Origin: Iphione sp. A-MEVVRFRX5
Lineage: Eukaryota
NCBI GenBank assembly: GCA_976226885.1
Contig: OZ320319.1
Coordinates: 71,610,001-71,674,000, forward strand
DNA: 64,000 bases
Direction: 5' to 3'
The notes beneath the pieces are model-generated. The model was not told the origin of the DNA, did no database searches, and was given only the letters and a program-made list of their open reading frames with translations. The position numbers and the translations under genes were made by a program. Positions 46,586 through 59,247 of this stretch are shown here, one piece after another (position 1 is the first letter of the stretch; every line of letters starts with the position of its first letter).

Positions 46586-46681
46586 CTAGTCGTCCTGATT
46601 ACCACGCTTGATGATATGCACAAATTTAGTGTAATTAATTTGCCCTCCTTCCACTGGGCATTCCTTCCATGTTTGCTTGAT
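46586..46681 (-). CDS. MRLC: Myosin regulatory light chain, last coding exon (IKQTWKECPVEGGQINYTKFVHIIKRGNQDD*)
   Basis: Acceptor ttttcatttcag, 96 nt ending in TAG. Matches the C-terminus of invertebrate RLCs. Confidence 0.92.
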   Translation of the reverse strand: MKQTWKECPVEGGQINYTKFVHIIKRGNQDD

Positions 46682-47581
46682 CTGAAATGAAAAGACTCAG
46701 TTAAAAAGTTGAAATCGCTTGTTTCCAGAGAGGCATGTAGATGTATTTCATATTAAACAATTTTCTAAGCTTACATCACTAGGCTAGATAAATGCAGCAA
46801 GCCCCTCGGATCCGAACAACATCCATTTCACGGGCATTTGGATAAAATAATTATCCATTATGATGGAAATATGCATTCATTAAAAAAATTCATGTGAATA
46901 GCTGAGGAATTTGGTCATTTGGGGGTAGCTTTATATGTCACTACATACACAAAAGGCCAATAAATAATGCTAAGTACTAGCAATTAAGTGCTGTACCCAT
47001 AGGCACGAACCTTCCAGACCCACCACTCTGTGCGTGAAGAGCGGGATGTCTGGCCCAGGTAGTTCATATAGAGCTATACCCATGTGCATGGACTTCCGGC
47101 ACACGCCACCTACTGTGTGCGGGATGATCGGTGTTGGTCCGGTTTTCCCGCATACCACACCACCTCATGCATGTTGGGGATAGGTGTTTGTGTGTGTATG
47201 TCTGTGGGTAGACCCTGCCACCTGTTGCAGGACAGTCCGGGAAGTCTGCACCACGTCACTTTGTGCGTGCGGATAATTCTTGTCTATGGGGATAGCGCTT
47301 TACAGTGGAAGGATCCCACCTGGATGCCAACAACATAGGCTCAGAGACGTTAAAGGGACAAATGGGAATGGGAAGGGATTGTGAGGGAACGGGTAAAGAA
47401 AGAGAGGGATGGGTGACTGGAGAAAGACAAGTACGGAGAGAAAGATAGGGAAGGAGAGGGACACAGAGGAAGAGGGAATCCTGCCCATAGATTTCGGTCT
47501 GGTCCTGCTGCATATATAGAAAGAGTCCAAAAGCAGTCATCAAAATGCCACAAAACACAATGTCTGAAGAGATTTCCTCAC

Positions 47582-47630
47582 CTCGTCTTTACTAAACTGA
47601 TCTCCAGTGTTCATGAGTAGATCTTTCACG
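47582..47630 (-). CDS. MRLC: MRLC exon ((Y)VKDLLMNTGDQFSKDE)
   Basis: Bounded by ttttcag and gtgagg, 49 nt, phase 2/0, compatible with both neighbouring exons. Confidence 0.92.
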
Positions 47631-48113
47631 CTGAAAATAAAGAATTTCATAAATATTAGCTCTATCACGAATCATTCAGCTACTACAAACTGGGACAATA
47701 TCTGTTTTTATTTCATGTATTGGGCTTTCCTGTTTTTTTCATTTTGGTCATATCCATCAAACTTCAAACAAGCCAAAAGCTTTGAAACCCCTTCCCCAAG
47801 TTATGGGCATGTCATCATAACAGTAAACAATAACACCCTTATAAAATAAAATACAGATTTTGATATTGCAGTTGTGCTCCCTCTCCGTAACCTAAGTCAT
47901 GATTTTGCAACTTATGCCACGTATACGTTTTCTGTAATTTGCTGCAGTCATACATCATGGAATTTAACCGCTGCATAAACGAACCACAGGAGGCTTGTTT
48001 ATTCCAAGTAATTACAAATTGTTAAATGTACCTGTGCTTGGATAAAAGTATTTATGCGGCACTTATTGGTCAAGATTACTTCCCATATATCTATATACTA
48101 AATTGTATGTGAT

Positions 48114-48401
48114 AGATACAGCACGAGTAGAGCACTCTACGCGATATATTACTGTATAATCATCGAGGCAATGCCAAGAGGATTATACAGTAATATATCA
48201 AGTACATGCTCTACGAGAGCTGTATCTCANNNNNNNNNNNNNNNNNNNNNNNNNNNNNNNNNNNNNNNNNNNNNNNNNNNNNNNNNNNNNNNNNNNNNNN
48301 NNNNNNNNNNNNNNNNNNNNNNNNNNNNNNNNNNNNNNNNNNNNNNNNNNNNNNNNNAGTCATGCCTCCCTTCTCTCTCTGTCTCTCTCTCATTCTCTCT
48401 G

Positions 48402-48434
<33 letters not shown>

Positions 48435-48783
48435 TAATAAGGTTGGTACTATGAGGCAACAGGTTCAGCTGAGTTCAGAGACTGCGTTGAACCCCTTGCC
48501 ACGTTTGCTCATTGTCTTTAGGCTCCGGTGCGATTTTTTTCTCTCTCTCTCTTAATGTTCGTCAGTTTTTGTACGACTCGTAGTAAAATACCGAGTCACG
48601 GCTGCAGTGTTTCTTTGGGCACTGCTGTCTGGCGCCATGATGGCACCCATGATATTATGGAATACGTGATAGATACAGCACAAGTAGAGCACTGTATGCG
48701 ATATATTACAAATAATCTTCGAGGCACAGCCGAGGAGATTATGAAGTAATATATCAAGTGCATGCTCTACGAGGGCTGTATCT
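48114..48783. repeat. Two diverged copies (48114-48227, 48671-48783) of a ~113-bp unit with inverted ends, flanking an N-gap (48230-48357) and (CT)n tracts
   Basis: Both copies run agatacagcac.agtagagca ... tgctctacgag.gctgtatct. Confidence 0.7.
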
Positions 48784-48798
48784 CACTTAAAGTCACGG

Positions 48799-48856
<58 letters not shown>

Positions 48857-49730
48857 GCAGTCTCTTGTTAGCGAGTTTAGGCCGTCCTGCTGACTCGCGG
48901 TAAAAAAAAAGCGTCATTTTCGCCGTGAGTCAGCGGCGAAATTTAAAATGGCCGCCAAATCGTCCCTAATTATCCTAGAAAGTCAAGGTTTAGCTCATTC
49001 TCTTCCTTAGATCCTCACCTTTCATATGGTGGTTGTTGCATCAAATGCGGACAAATAGAAGTGTGTGATTTTGGCTTGGAAAGATCTCTCTAGGTTGATT
49101 TTTTCACCATGACGTTTTTTTGGTATGCCCAGTCTTGTCAGTTTTGTATGAACCGCGAGTCCGTGTATTACGCGACGAAAGTTTACATGGACATAGCATC
49201 CACCATATTGGCTCTAGAGAGCCATACTATGGCTAATTGTCTTCCTCAGGCCCTTAGCTTTCATTTGATATAAAATTTATTAAAATCGGACAAGTAGAAG
49301 TGGCTGCAGTGTCTCTGACTCTCTCAATGTTTGTCAGTTTTTGTATGGTTTCGCGAGTCTGCGTATTACGCGACGATATTTACCGCAGTCTGCGTATTAA
49401 GCATAGTGTTATATTATGGAATACGTAATATATTGGTACACTTTGTCAAATAGGCACAAAGAGTGTTAAAGATCGTAGCCGTGCTTTAAATATGTGTAAA
49501 TTCATCAATGTGTGTACCAGCTGTAATCTCAGGGACTGCTCAAAACTAAAGGAAGAAATTATCTTATAGTACAAAAAAGATATTACAGACTCCTGATGTC
49601 CCCTAGACCCAGCCATACCAAAAAGGATTTAAAATATCAAATTTAACCCTGAGTTTTACTTTTACAAAAAGGCCATCCCGGAGCTTACATCTGTTACACA
49701 CATTGGTGGATTCTCAGATAGGTATCCATG

Positions 49731-50339
49731 TGTGACCAGCCAAGGAAAAAGGGTATTCCAGTGCAAACCTATGGAAACTAAAGAACATTTTTGGCTATCA
49801 TTTGGTGCAAAGATTGTGTAAATACTCCTTCTAGATCCGGAGATATCTCAATTCGAAGTTGATATAACCGACCGTTCAAAAAGATGAAATTTAATGTTTA
49901 ATGCATTCCTTGACATTCTATAGTCGACCTATCTATATGTTGTAAAATATATAAATTATTCTTAAATTTTCATTCTTTCATAGAATCTGTTCTAGAAAAG
50001 ATATTCTTGAAAGGGTTTCAGTTCTTGATAGGGCATTTCTTATATTTCTATACCATAAAGGTATTTTAAATAATCCTCAAATATTGTCACTATGGTAACT
50101 TAATGTATTCATTTATGTAAATTAGCTCATTTACATATCTGATCACATGACTGAAAATAACTTAATAAATAATAAGAATTTACAAAAACTGACTTTTGTA
50201 ACAGATTCTACAGGAAAAATTAGCAAGAAGAGTTTTTCATGACTAGATTTCCGTTTCCTTCATTTTTGGCCTCAAATAATGGTTATTTTACACTTTGACT
50301 TTTTTGCGCCGGATACCCCTTTTCCCATGGCTGGTCACA
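49731..50339. mobile_element. ~610-bp non-autonomous DNA element with ~35-bp imperfect TIRs
   Basis: tgtgaccagccaaggaaaaagggtattccagtgcaaa is matched in inverted orientation by tttgcgccggataccccttttcccatggctggtcaca. Confidence 0.6.
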
Positions 50340-51377
50340 TGTATGCATCACGTTTAATACACTCTGTTAGGGCCATCATGCCCTGCTCCTCAAATAAAAA
50401 GAAGGATATTTTCAATTTAAAACAATAGATGGCACCAATGATGGCATCGTCCTCTGTAAAGACTGTACATGTATAAGGGGAGGGACACTTAAGAACGATA
50501 CAAACTTGTATGCTTGGCATCATTTCTTGTTGCTCTTGGGTTCGAAACCATTTATTGGGTCATAATTATGCCAGGAAGTGCACCGCAAAGGCAACTTCAT
50601 TATATGTTTCTCCGCTCCAGGAGTTGAGATTGTAATCATGGTGGTTTTCATTCACAAGGATATGCATGTAATTTCTACTCTAAGTAGCCAAACTAGAAGC
50701 CCGAATGAAGATACATGTATATCAAAACTTAATGAATCTTGGTCCAAAGCATTCCCAAAAGGTTTCCTTAACAACAGTAATGAGGATGTTCGGTAAACGT
50801 TGACATGGTTTCAAGTGTTTTTCACCTGGTTAGAAAATAATCAAGAGCGAGGATATATTCTGCTATTCTCTATTGTACCTGCAGTTATTAAGTATATATA
50901 ATCCAAGTATAATGAAACCTAAAAAGAACCTGCACGTAGACTCTTACCAAAGTCCGCCATATACACATACTGGAAGTGGAGGCAAGGCCGGCCCTTCAAA
51001 AGTCACTATGCACATGTACCACCAGATGTTGTGTTGGCGAACATGAATATCCTGACTACTATTATTTTCAGGGTGCCAATGCAAGGTCACAATTGAGGTC
51101 ACCCTTCTAGGCTAGCCAGGTTACACAGTCACATTAAAGGTCGCATGTGCCTTTTAACTTTTTCTTTCTCGGGTCATAGGTAAATTGAATGAATGTAACA
51201 TCACTTCCGTAGACCTTCCATGTCGCAAATTACCAAAACCTGATGGGCAGCCTCTGTGCTCATACCATCATGCTCCGAATTGATCTAACCTTGTTTTCAG
51301 AACTAGTTAAGCCTGCCTAAATCTGGCCGAGGTTTTCCCATGGAAGACTGGAGTTGTTTATGGAGTGATGTACTTAC

Positions 51378-51456
51378 TATTCCTCGTCCAGGTAACCCTT
51401 TCCTTCTGGGTCGAACATCTTGAAAGCGTCCATCAGGGTCCTCTCAGGGTCCGTAC
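51378..51456 (-). CDS. MRLC: MRLC exon ((G)TDPERTLMDAFKMFDPEGKGYLDEE(Y))
   Basis: Bounded by ggcag and gtaagt, 79 nt, phase 1/2. Contains the GTDPE...AF.MFD RLC motif. Confidence 0.95.
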
Positions 51457-53763
51457 CTGCCAAATAACAGGCCATTAAAAAAAGACACGGGCACTCGGCC
51501 GACACACATCTGAACAGTAGACGGAGATATTTAAAAAGAAGGAGTATCACTTGTCAGATCTATCAGTAAGTGAAGACAATTTATTCCGGAATCACCATTT
51601 TTAAGTATATACTTGCCTGTGGCAGGGGGAAGATAGAACGATTTCTACACCAAATGACAACTAAATAGTTCTTGCCCAGTCAGGGACGTCTGTCATAAAT
51701 TATCACAAGGATAACATTATATTTGTAATTCAAACTAGATCAATCTACAATACTTCAGAAGTTCACTTAAAGATAATACATCTAGCCAACCCGATGCATA
51801 GGACAATAATCTATATTCTAATACTGAATAATGGATTTGGGAGAGATATTCGATGGTCCTTCATACTAATTCTTCCGTGATCTCTTTTTGAAATGGATAC
51901 TCATTTCACATAATAGTTCTGGTACCTGGAATAATGATACAGAGTTTAAATTTTAATCAATCAGAATTTCCCAATAATTTCACTTTGGATTGAAAAAAAG
52001 ATACTTGCATGGATATATATTAAGTTACCAACTTTAAAAACTACTTATAATTACACTACAAAATTAATAGGGTTTGGTTTGATAGTACGTGCGTTATCAT
52101 TTTTCTTAAGATTCTACTTGGGTTAAACTATCTTAATCATTGAGATACTATAATAGTAATTACTCATTATCAATACGCTTTAGATATACTTACGTGAAAG
52201 AAACATTGTTTCATGTGAACCTTGCCTGATGTTTTATCAGAAGGAAATTTAAAGCATACCCAGAAGAAATGAACATATATTTTTTTACAACGTTATTGGG
52301 CCTTTTTCAAATATACATATATAATGGAGAAAAATTTTATCAAAATTCAACTTATTGGCCATTTTAGGCCCGTCTGTTATGCGGCAAGTATGAATTTCGT
52401 CCGCTGGAATTGTTTATGGCGTTATAGCGCTGTCCAATGAACATGTTACTGGTCATCACAATACATTTACTCTTCTAGATATACACGTGTTCATGCCAAT
52501 TTCTTCCAAACTCTCTCTCTCTCTCGATCGATCTCTGCCTCCCTCTCATTCTCGCACTTTTTCTCTCTCCTCTTTGTCTATCTGTCTCTGTCTTTCTCTT
52601 CCTCTTCTGCAAGTCTCTATCGGAAGATGAAGCTCTTTTTCCCTGTGCTTCTGTCTGTTTATCCGTCTTTCTTCCTATTCCATGTCTCTTACTGTTTATG
52701 CTTCTCTATCTTTTACCTAAAACGTTCTGTTCACTCCCTTTCTGTATATCACATAGTAGCCAGTTGGACAACTGCGACATAACTGGCTAAGAACATTTTG
52801 ATGACATTATTCTTAAGAACATTACCTGTATTTTAAAAAACAATTATTCCCAGGAACAAATGATTCTGGCAGACTTCCAAGTGGAGCTATTTATGTGGAA
52901 GAATGGACTCTTATTGTTGTGTTTTCTCGACTCTGTTAATATATACGTAACCCCATATTGTATTTAAGTATTTTTAATCGTATTCAATAAAATATTTGCC
53001 GATGAAAATCTTTCTCAGATTTATCATGTACGTATTAGTATTTTAATATATAGTTGTGTTACGAGTTCGAAGTATTGTGTTGCAAATATATTTTCGTTAC
53101 CTTTCACATGATACAAACAGTTGATTATTTTATTTACTTTATGACCAACATATGCACATATCATGAAGTAGATGTACAGTGTATATGCATTGTGACCGTT
53201 TCGGCGGTATGGAATCAAGATTCAGTATCATTTTATTGACCTGTCTAGAGAAAATGTACACCAGGATCTTTCCTGAGCAAATCAAAGTGTAGCTGGTGCA
53301 GAGGATGGATCTTGTTTTAATATAAGGCCAAAAGAATAGGTGTGTTTCTGGTAACGACCAGCCAAAAACATAGGTAGCGAGGGGAGTATCTTTTTTTATT
53401 TTTTCCACTTTCTTCCTCTGGTTTTCAATAGTAGTAAAAACAATATGAATAATTTTGATCAATTTGCAGTTTTTTGCTGAATTTCCATGAATGTGGTTGT
53501 TTTTCTACTGAATTTACCAAAAACATGTGCTGTGAAAACATGTATCTAAGGAAATTTAGCCTTAGAAACTCTTTAGGGCCAAAAAACATTTAGGTAAGGT
53601 GAGGTTTTACTAGGTAGGGGTGGGTTGCCAGAAACACACCTATTTTTTGTTTTGGCCTAACACACATCTGAAAGATTACTTGGTGTATTTGGTAAGATTT
53701 GGTGCCCTTTTTGCATACATTGATCAGCGCTATATCTGTCGCATATCCAACCTTTGGACCTAC

Positions 53764-53865
53764 CTTTCATCTTATCACCAAAGAGGTTCAGAAACATTGT
53801 AAAGTTGAGAGGACCGGGGGCCTCATTCAGCATATCGTCGAGAACCTTCATTCCTGGCTCTCGAC
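53764..53865 (-). CDS. MRLC: MRLC alternative exon 3b ((G)[33 protein letters not shown](G))
   Basis: Bounded by ttgcag and gtaggt, 102 nt, phase 1/1. Contains [12 protein letters not shown]. Confidence 0.93.
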
Positions 53866-54911
53866 CTGCAATTAGAGGATTCACTCAGACGGTTAGAGCA
53901 AGCATGCAAGTGGGAGGGAAGAGGGAGAGGAGATTAGGGAGAAGTAGGGAGGGGGGAAGAGATCATCAGTAGGGGGGGGGGGACATACAAGGTACCAGTC
54001 TATGCGACGGGTATGTATACAAGGTCTTTGAATCCCATTGGCTCACACTCCTTTGACGTCAGCACGCGCCTGTTTGGGTTACGACAATCACACTGGAATG
54101 GAATATTTACACACGTTCATGAGTTAGGAGCAAGTTGTTTTGAAATGCCAGTCTCAATACTACGTCATTCCAACTGACTTCCGTGGAAATGGTCTACAGT
54201 AACTGAAAACATTTTATAGCTAAGTAAGAGGATACACAATTGCTGTATGCCTCCAAAGAAATGCATTAACTAATAAATGCTTTGAGTCAGACTTTATGCT
54301 TTATTTTTTAAAATATGCAAATATGAAGTGAGGTCATGCGCCATTTCCTCTAGGTCACTTGTTCTTAGCATTGATTTCTGGCTTTCAAATAGTTTACACT
54401 TGTGAGCAAGGAAATAGAGATATCTGAGCAAGAACCATGCAGATATACTCGCAATAATGAGCACTGGCCGTTACTTTAGAACAAAGCCGCCATTTTGTTA
54501 TAGACACAATGAAGTGGGACCTATATGGTATTGTGTCCCAAAACATTTAGTCCGTGATTCGCTGTCACAACATGGAAGTGGACATGTTAAATCTGACTTT
54601 AGACATGTCGAAAGATTATAAGGTTGAGATTTAGGTTCTGCATGGAAACAAGAGAATGGTAACTTGACAACGGCCGGTAATGCATCTGCTTTCCTTTCTT
54701 GCTCAGAGAGAGGTATGTTAAAGGACATCTGAGTCAGGCAGTGGGTATGAAGGGCTGGGAGAAGTGAGACACTGGTCAAGGGAATATGGGCACACTGTTT
54801 CCCAGGATGCAGGTTCGATCTCATCGGGTGGGTTACCGGGTCGCACCACCATCACACCATTCCTGTCTGTGACGTCACGTCGGGTTCACCGTGGCGTCTA
54901 GGACATCTTAC

Positions 54912-55013
54912 CGTGCAACTTCTCGCCAAAAAGCGTGAGAAAATGTGTGAAGTTCAGCTGGCCGGGCGCTTCCGCCAACATGGAGTCGATCGTCTTCGAG
55001 TCCGGCTCACGGC
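54912..55013 (-). CDS. MRLC: MRLC alternative exon 3a ((G)REPDSKTIDSMLAEAPGQLNFTHFLTLFGEKLH(G))
   Basis: Bounded by cttgcag and gtaaga, 102 nt, phase 1/1. Paralogous to 53764-53865. Confidence 0.93.
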
Positions 55014-57258
55014 CTGCAAGAATCGCCTGACTAAAGACCTTCTGGAACCTTCTAGGCCTATCAGGTTACCTTAAGAAACATCACTATTCCTTAGGTATTA
55101 GCTTTATTGCGTCATTGATGACATGTGATTAAAATGTTAGATAATCATTTATTTTTACAAAGAATACGAATTGAGCTGATTTATTATGAGCGGCAGTATT
55201 ATAAGGATTGTTTGTTTTATGCTTGCTTGATTGCTGTATGGGATCTAATGGCTACTGGCTGAAACTGTACATAGGTGAACCTGCTTAGTGTGTAAAACAG
55301 AACAGGGATCTTTTAGTACAGGAGCCAGAAAGGATTTTGACGTTGAATGCTGGTATTTTCAGGATAGATTGTGTAAACTTACCTTCAATCAAGCGCAATA
55401 TTTACCGCTCCATAATACTTAATGGTACTTAGAAGTCATTAAACTGTTAAAAATCAAGCCCCTGGTAACGGAGGTATTGGATGCAGGAAGTTGGATGACC
55501 CCTACACCTTTCAGAAATATCTAGGGCTAATTTTATTAATGCCCCGTTGGCTTTCTCAGACGAAGGGCTAATATTTCAACGGTAATAGCCAATTAGTTTG
55601 CTGCCAGTGTTGACTTGTTCTCCGGATTTTGTCAGGATTTATTATTGGAGAGGTCAGGTAGTCACTAGAAAACATCATTTGTGACCTACATATACTGCAT
55701 GTTTTTGACTCTTTGTGAATCCTGGTTTTAATTTGTCATTAGGCACCGCAAAAGCAATAGCACAAAGACCGCTCTTCTTCTGGATATGAAATGCCCAACC
55801 CCAACCTCCGGAAACAATTTCACTTTGATTAGAAACTAGGCATCGAGAGTTTAGCTTGGCAGATTAACCATTCTCCCTTACCACCAGAGCTCCCTCCACC
55901 TCAGATCGCATTCTAAGGCCTGACTTAACTACTTCTATCCACCTCAGAGGCCTAACTGTGTGCTGAACGGAGCCCCCCCCCCCTTCCTCTGTCCAAATGA
56001 GATACCATGGGCCTGATTAATATATTTTTAGGAGACCCTACTCAGTTTTAATAGAGATCATAAGAAGATATGTCAGCAAGGGGGCGTGGATGTATGTGAA
56101 GGAGAATGTGAAGAAACTCATTTAAACATATATCATGTATGAGAAGACAAAATATAAACGTGATCTGGCTTATGCGACGTTATCTACAAAATATTACTAC
56201 ACAAACACAAAAGTCTGCAAGCATCTGATGAAAGAATTACACGACTGACAAGAATTCCGAGAAGGAAAAGAGAAGCAACAGAGACCAATCATTTATATTC
56301 TACATAGAAAAAGCGAGCGGAATGTGGAGCCGGGCAAGACTGGTAGAGAAAGAGACGGAGATCGAAAATTACTAGTCTAGAAGTGAGCAGAAAAGGGAAA
56401 TGTTACAAAACAGCTTGCAAAATCGCAATGACAGAGCATGTGGTTTACAGATAACAGGGTGCAAAATACGGGTCATCACCAAACAATTTACTCTAAAAGT
56501 CTACATTCTTTACTTAGGGTTGCATAAGGATTAAAAAGGTCATATAAACATCCCTCATTTTTCAGTATTTTCCTGTTGTAGGCAATGTCATTCAAGCAGT
56601 GAACAATCTGAATAGTATGTAGATTGTACATTTCATTTCTTGATAGTGAATAATCAAATTATGAGGGATGGCTGTATGACATACAGTGTATGGCAGTCAT
56701 AGAAACTAAGAGACATGATCCATATATCCATAGGTTTAATGTATCTAGGTACACCTGACCCCTTTCTCATTATAAGCCCTAATATCTATGTAAAACCAAT
56801 ACAGATAATGCTGTTTTCTAACTATTACCCTTACATTTATGACGTGTATTTAGCATAATGATGGGATGTGCTTCCAGATCTTTATGCAGACATTATAGTG
56901 TTATCCGCACCTTGGATATATCTACCAGGTATGCTTTCTTAACCACAGCCAGAGAAAGAGGTTCCTTTGTAATCAAGTTGGGTAAACCTAACAGAAAGAA
57001 ACTTAAAAGAAACAATGAAAGATTATCAGCAAAATTCTTGTTAATCAGCAGAGAGCGACTAATAAAGTGTATTACTAAATAGGAAAGCTACGTTTTGAAT
57101 GTTTTTTCTAATGTACAATAAACCTACCTATACATATATGGGTCATGTGGCTAAGGTAGAAGAGGAACATCTAAACATACTTGACACAGATTCGAGCTAC
57201 TCCATGGTCACCTAAATTTCAAAGATATCACCACAGCAAGACCAGCTCCTCACATACT

Positions 57259-57318
57259 CAGGCCTGTAGCCAAGGGGGTATCGGGGGTATCATCCGATAC
57301 CCCCCTCCCCTAGAAATC
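57259..57318. mobile_element. Partial or internally deleted copy of the 44904-45073 MITE family
   Basis: caggcctgtagccaagggggtatcgggggtatcatccgatacccc matches the reverse complement of 45020-45073. Confidence 0.65.
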
Positions 57319-57438
57319 AATGCCTATGCACATACATAGAGATGGCCACCAGGTGTTCCACCTCTGGGGTGTAGGGGGTATCATCTGGTACCATCCAAAA
57401 CAAGTCCTGGATAGGGGCCTGCATGCTTACTCACTCAC

Positions 57439-57514
57439 CTGTTTGCTGGAACATGGCAGCCAGGTCATTGTGGTCTATAAATCCATCTCTGTTCTGGTCA
57501 ATCATTGTAAAAGC
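57439..57514 (-). CDS. MRLC: MRLC alternative EF-hand-1 exon 2c (AFTMIDQNRDGFIDHNDLAAMFQQT(G))
   Basis: Bounded by cctctag and gtgagt, 76 nt, phase 0/1. Confidence 0.93.
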
Positions 57515-58134
57515 CTAGAGGACAACAACAGGGAGGCTACGGTGAAGCTACCTCTACAAACGGGAACCTAAATACAATTGAAGTCATGTTAGGAGAATTC
57601 TAGTAGAGGTTGGTCTGATATCTTGTAAAAAGCTCAAATTTCAACTCAGTATGACATTAAGAGCTATATTGAGTTTCAGGTGGACACAATTTTTAGAATT
57701 TTTAACTGACAATGAATAAAAGATTTGGTTGTGGTCGTAGAACGGGTGCTTTAAACGGAAGAACCATGGTTTCTCAAAAAAATAGAAGGGGTAAGTTGTT
57801 AGTCATTAAATTTTATTCTAATTTAAGAAGGTAAGCTTTGAGTGTGAATCTTTAATATTTCACAAATAAATAGCTACAAAATTGTTCTGAATGGTATAAT
57901 GGTGCTGGTCAGTGGCATTAGACTGTTATGGACCATGTTGGAAATGACGTGTAACACTTGCCCAGGGCAGAAACTCTCATCAGCAAGAGCCACCATTGTC
58001 ACAAATCCTCATCCTTCTGATTTATACAACTCGCTATGAAGAAAATCGCAGAAATACTGGTCATTTCGGAAGTTTTTGCTCTAGGTGTGACGTCACTTCC
58101 AGAGGACGCTGGTCAAATACGGAATGCCACTTAC

Positions 58135-58210
58135 CCAGTTGAATATGCATTTGGGTTAAATCCATCTTATCTATAAAGCCATCATTGTTCTGATCCAGGA
58201 TTGAGAAAGC
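58135..58210 (-). CDS. MRLC: MRLC alternative EF-hand-1 exon 2b (AFSILDQNNDGFIDKMDLTQMHIQL(G))
   Basis: Bounded by gtccag and gtaagt, 76 nt, phase 0/1. Confidence 0.9.
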
Positions 58211-59171
58211 CTGGACACAGATATACACAACAGAATTGCCATTAGCGCAGTAGAACATCCCATAGCAATGCACTTCTCATCTGGCTTTGGTTCCTGCTCG
58301 AGTTGAAGTTAATCGAAAATCATTGGAATATGGATTCCTAATTTTAGTTGCGTTTCCTTACATATGTGAGCATTCATTTATTCAAGTAATTATATTCATG
58401 TTCTGGACAATTTTTCGGATTATGTCTTCAAACGGGGAATATCCGCCTTTACAAATACCGAAATACAAAATTCAGATCCGAACAATTTTCTGACATTGTC
58501 GAGTAGGTACCCATAACCATACATTTCAATGCATTTCCTACAGTAGTGTCTCATAGCTCCGATTGTTTAATTCCTTTTAACTTTCGGTCAGTGACTCAGA
58601 TGATGCCCTATGCAACATCCAGCATGAAAATGTTTTTCGCTTGTCCATGTGAGTCCATACACAGTACGTATACACAGATACGAATGCAAATTCAACATGC
58701 ATAAATACGGACTGAGTTGATATGTATGCTGTCCTGATAACTTGAATAGTCATCACTTCACATACATGCTTCAGGAACAATGCATGGACATGGGGTTTAA
58801 GCCTGAATACCTTGACTACATGTATATGATACGATGGATTTCAATGGAATCTGAGAAATGTTTAAGATACTACTGTAAGATAGGTTCATATGCAACATTT
58901 CATCAGCATCAATACTAGTAGCTACATACCATACAAACTACCATAAGAAAACAGCTATGCATTATGTTTATTGTCGCACGAATAAAGTTCTTTCATATGC
59001 CATATTTTACATATCATTTATGAGAAATTAATAAGTGCTTTTTAAAAGTAAATGGCTCCACTTCCCTGGAATTGTATTTTGCTCCAGGGAAATCTCATTA
59101 ATATATGGATGCATATAATCTTACTCTGCTCCGTAAGTAAAGAGGATTATGGTCTGTGTACATGCACTCAC

Positions 59172-59247
59172 CAAGGGTTTCAAAGATATGGCGAAGGTCA
59201 TCGCGGTCAATGAACCCGTCCCGATTCTGGTCCATCAAGGTGAAAGC
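59172..59247 (-). CDS. MRLC: MRLC alternative EF-hand-1 exon 2a (AFTLMDQNRDGFIDRDDLRHIFETL(G))
   Basis: Bounded by gtgaag and gtgagt, 76 nt, phase 0/1. Confidence 0.9.

Noticed and set aside
46970-47340. GC-richer intronic segment with Cys/His-containing ORFs
   Set aside because: No frame gives a convincing MRLC exon or retroelement domain.
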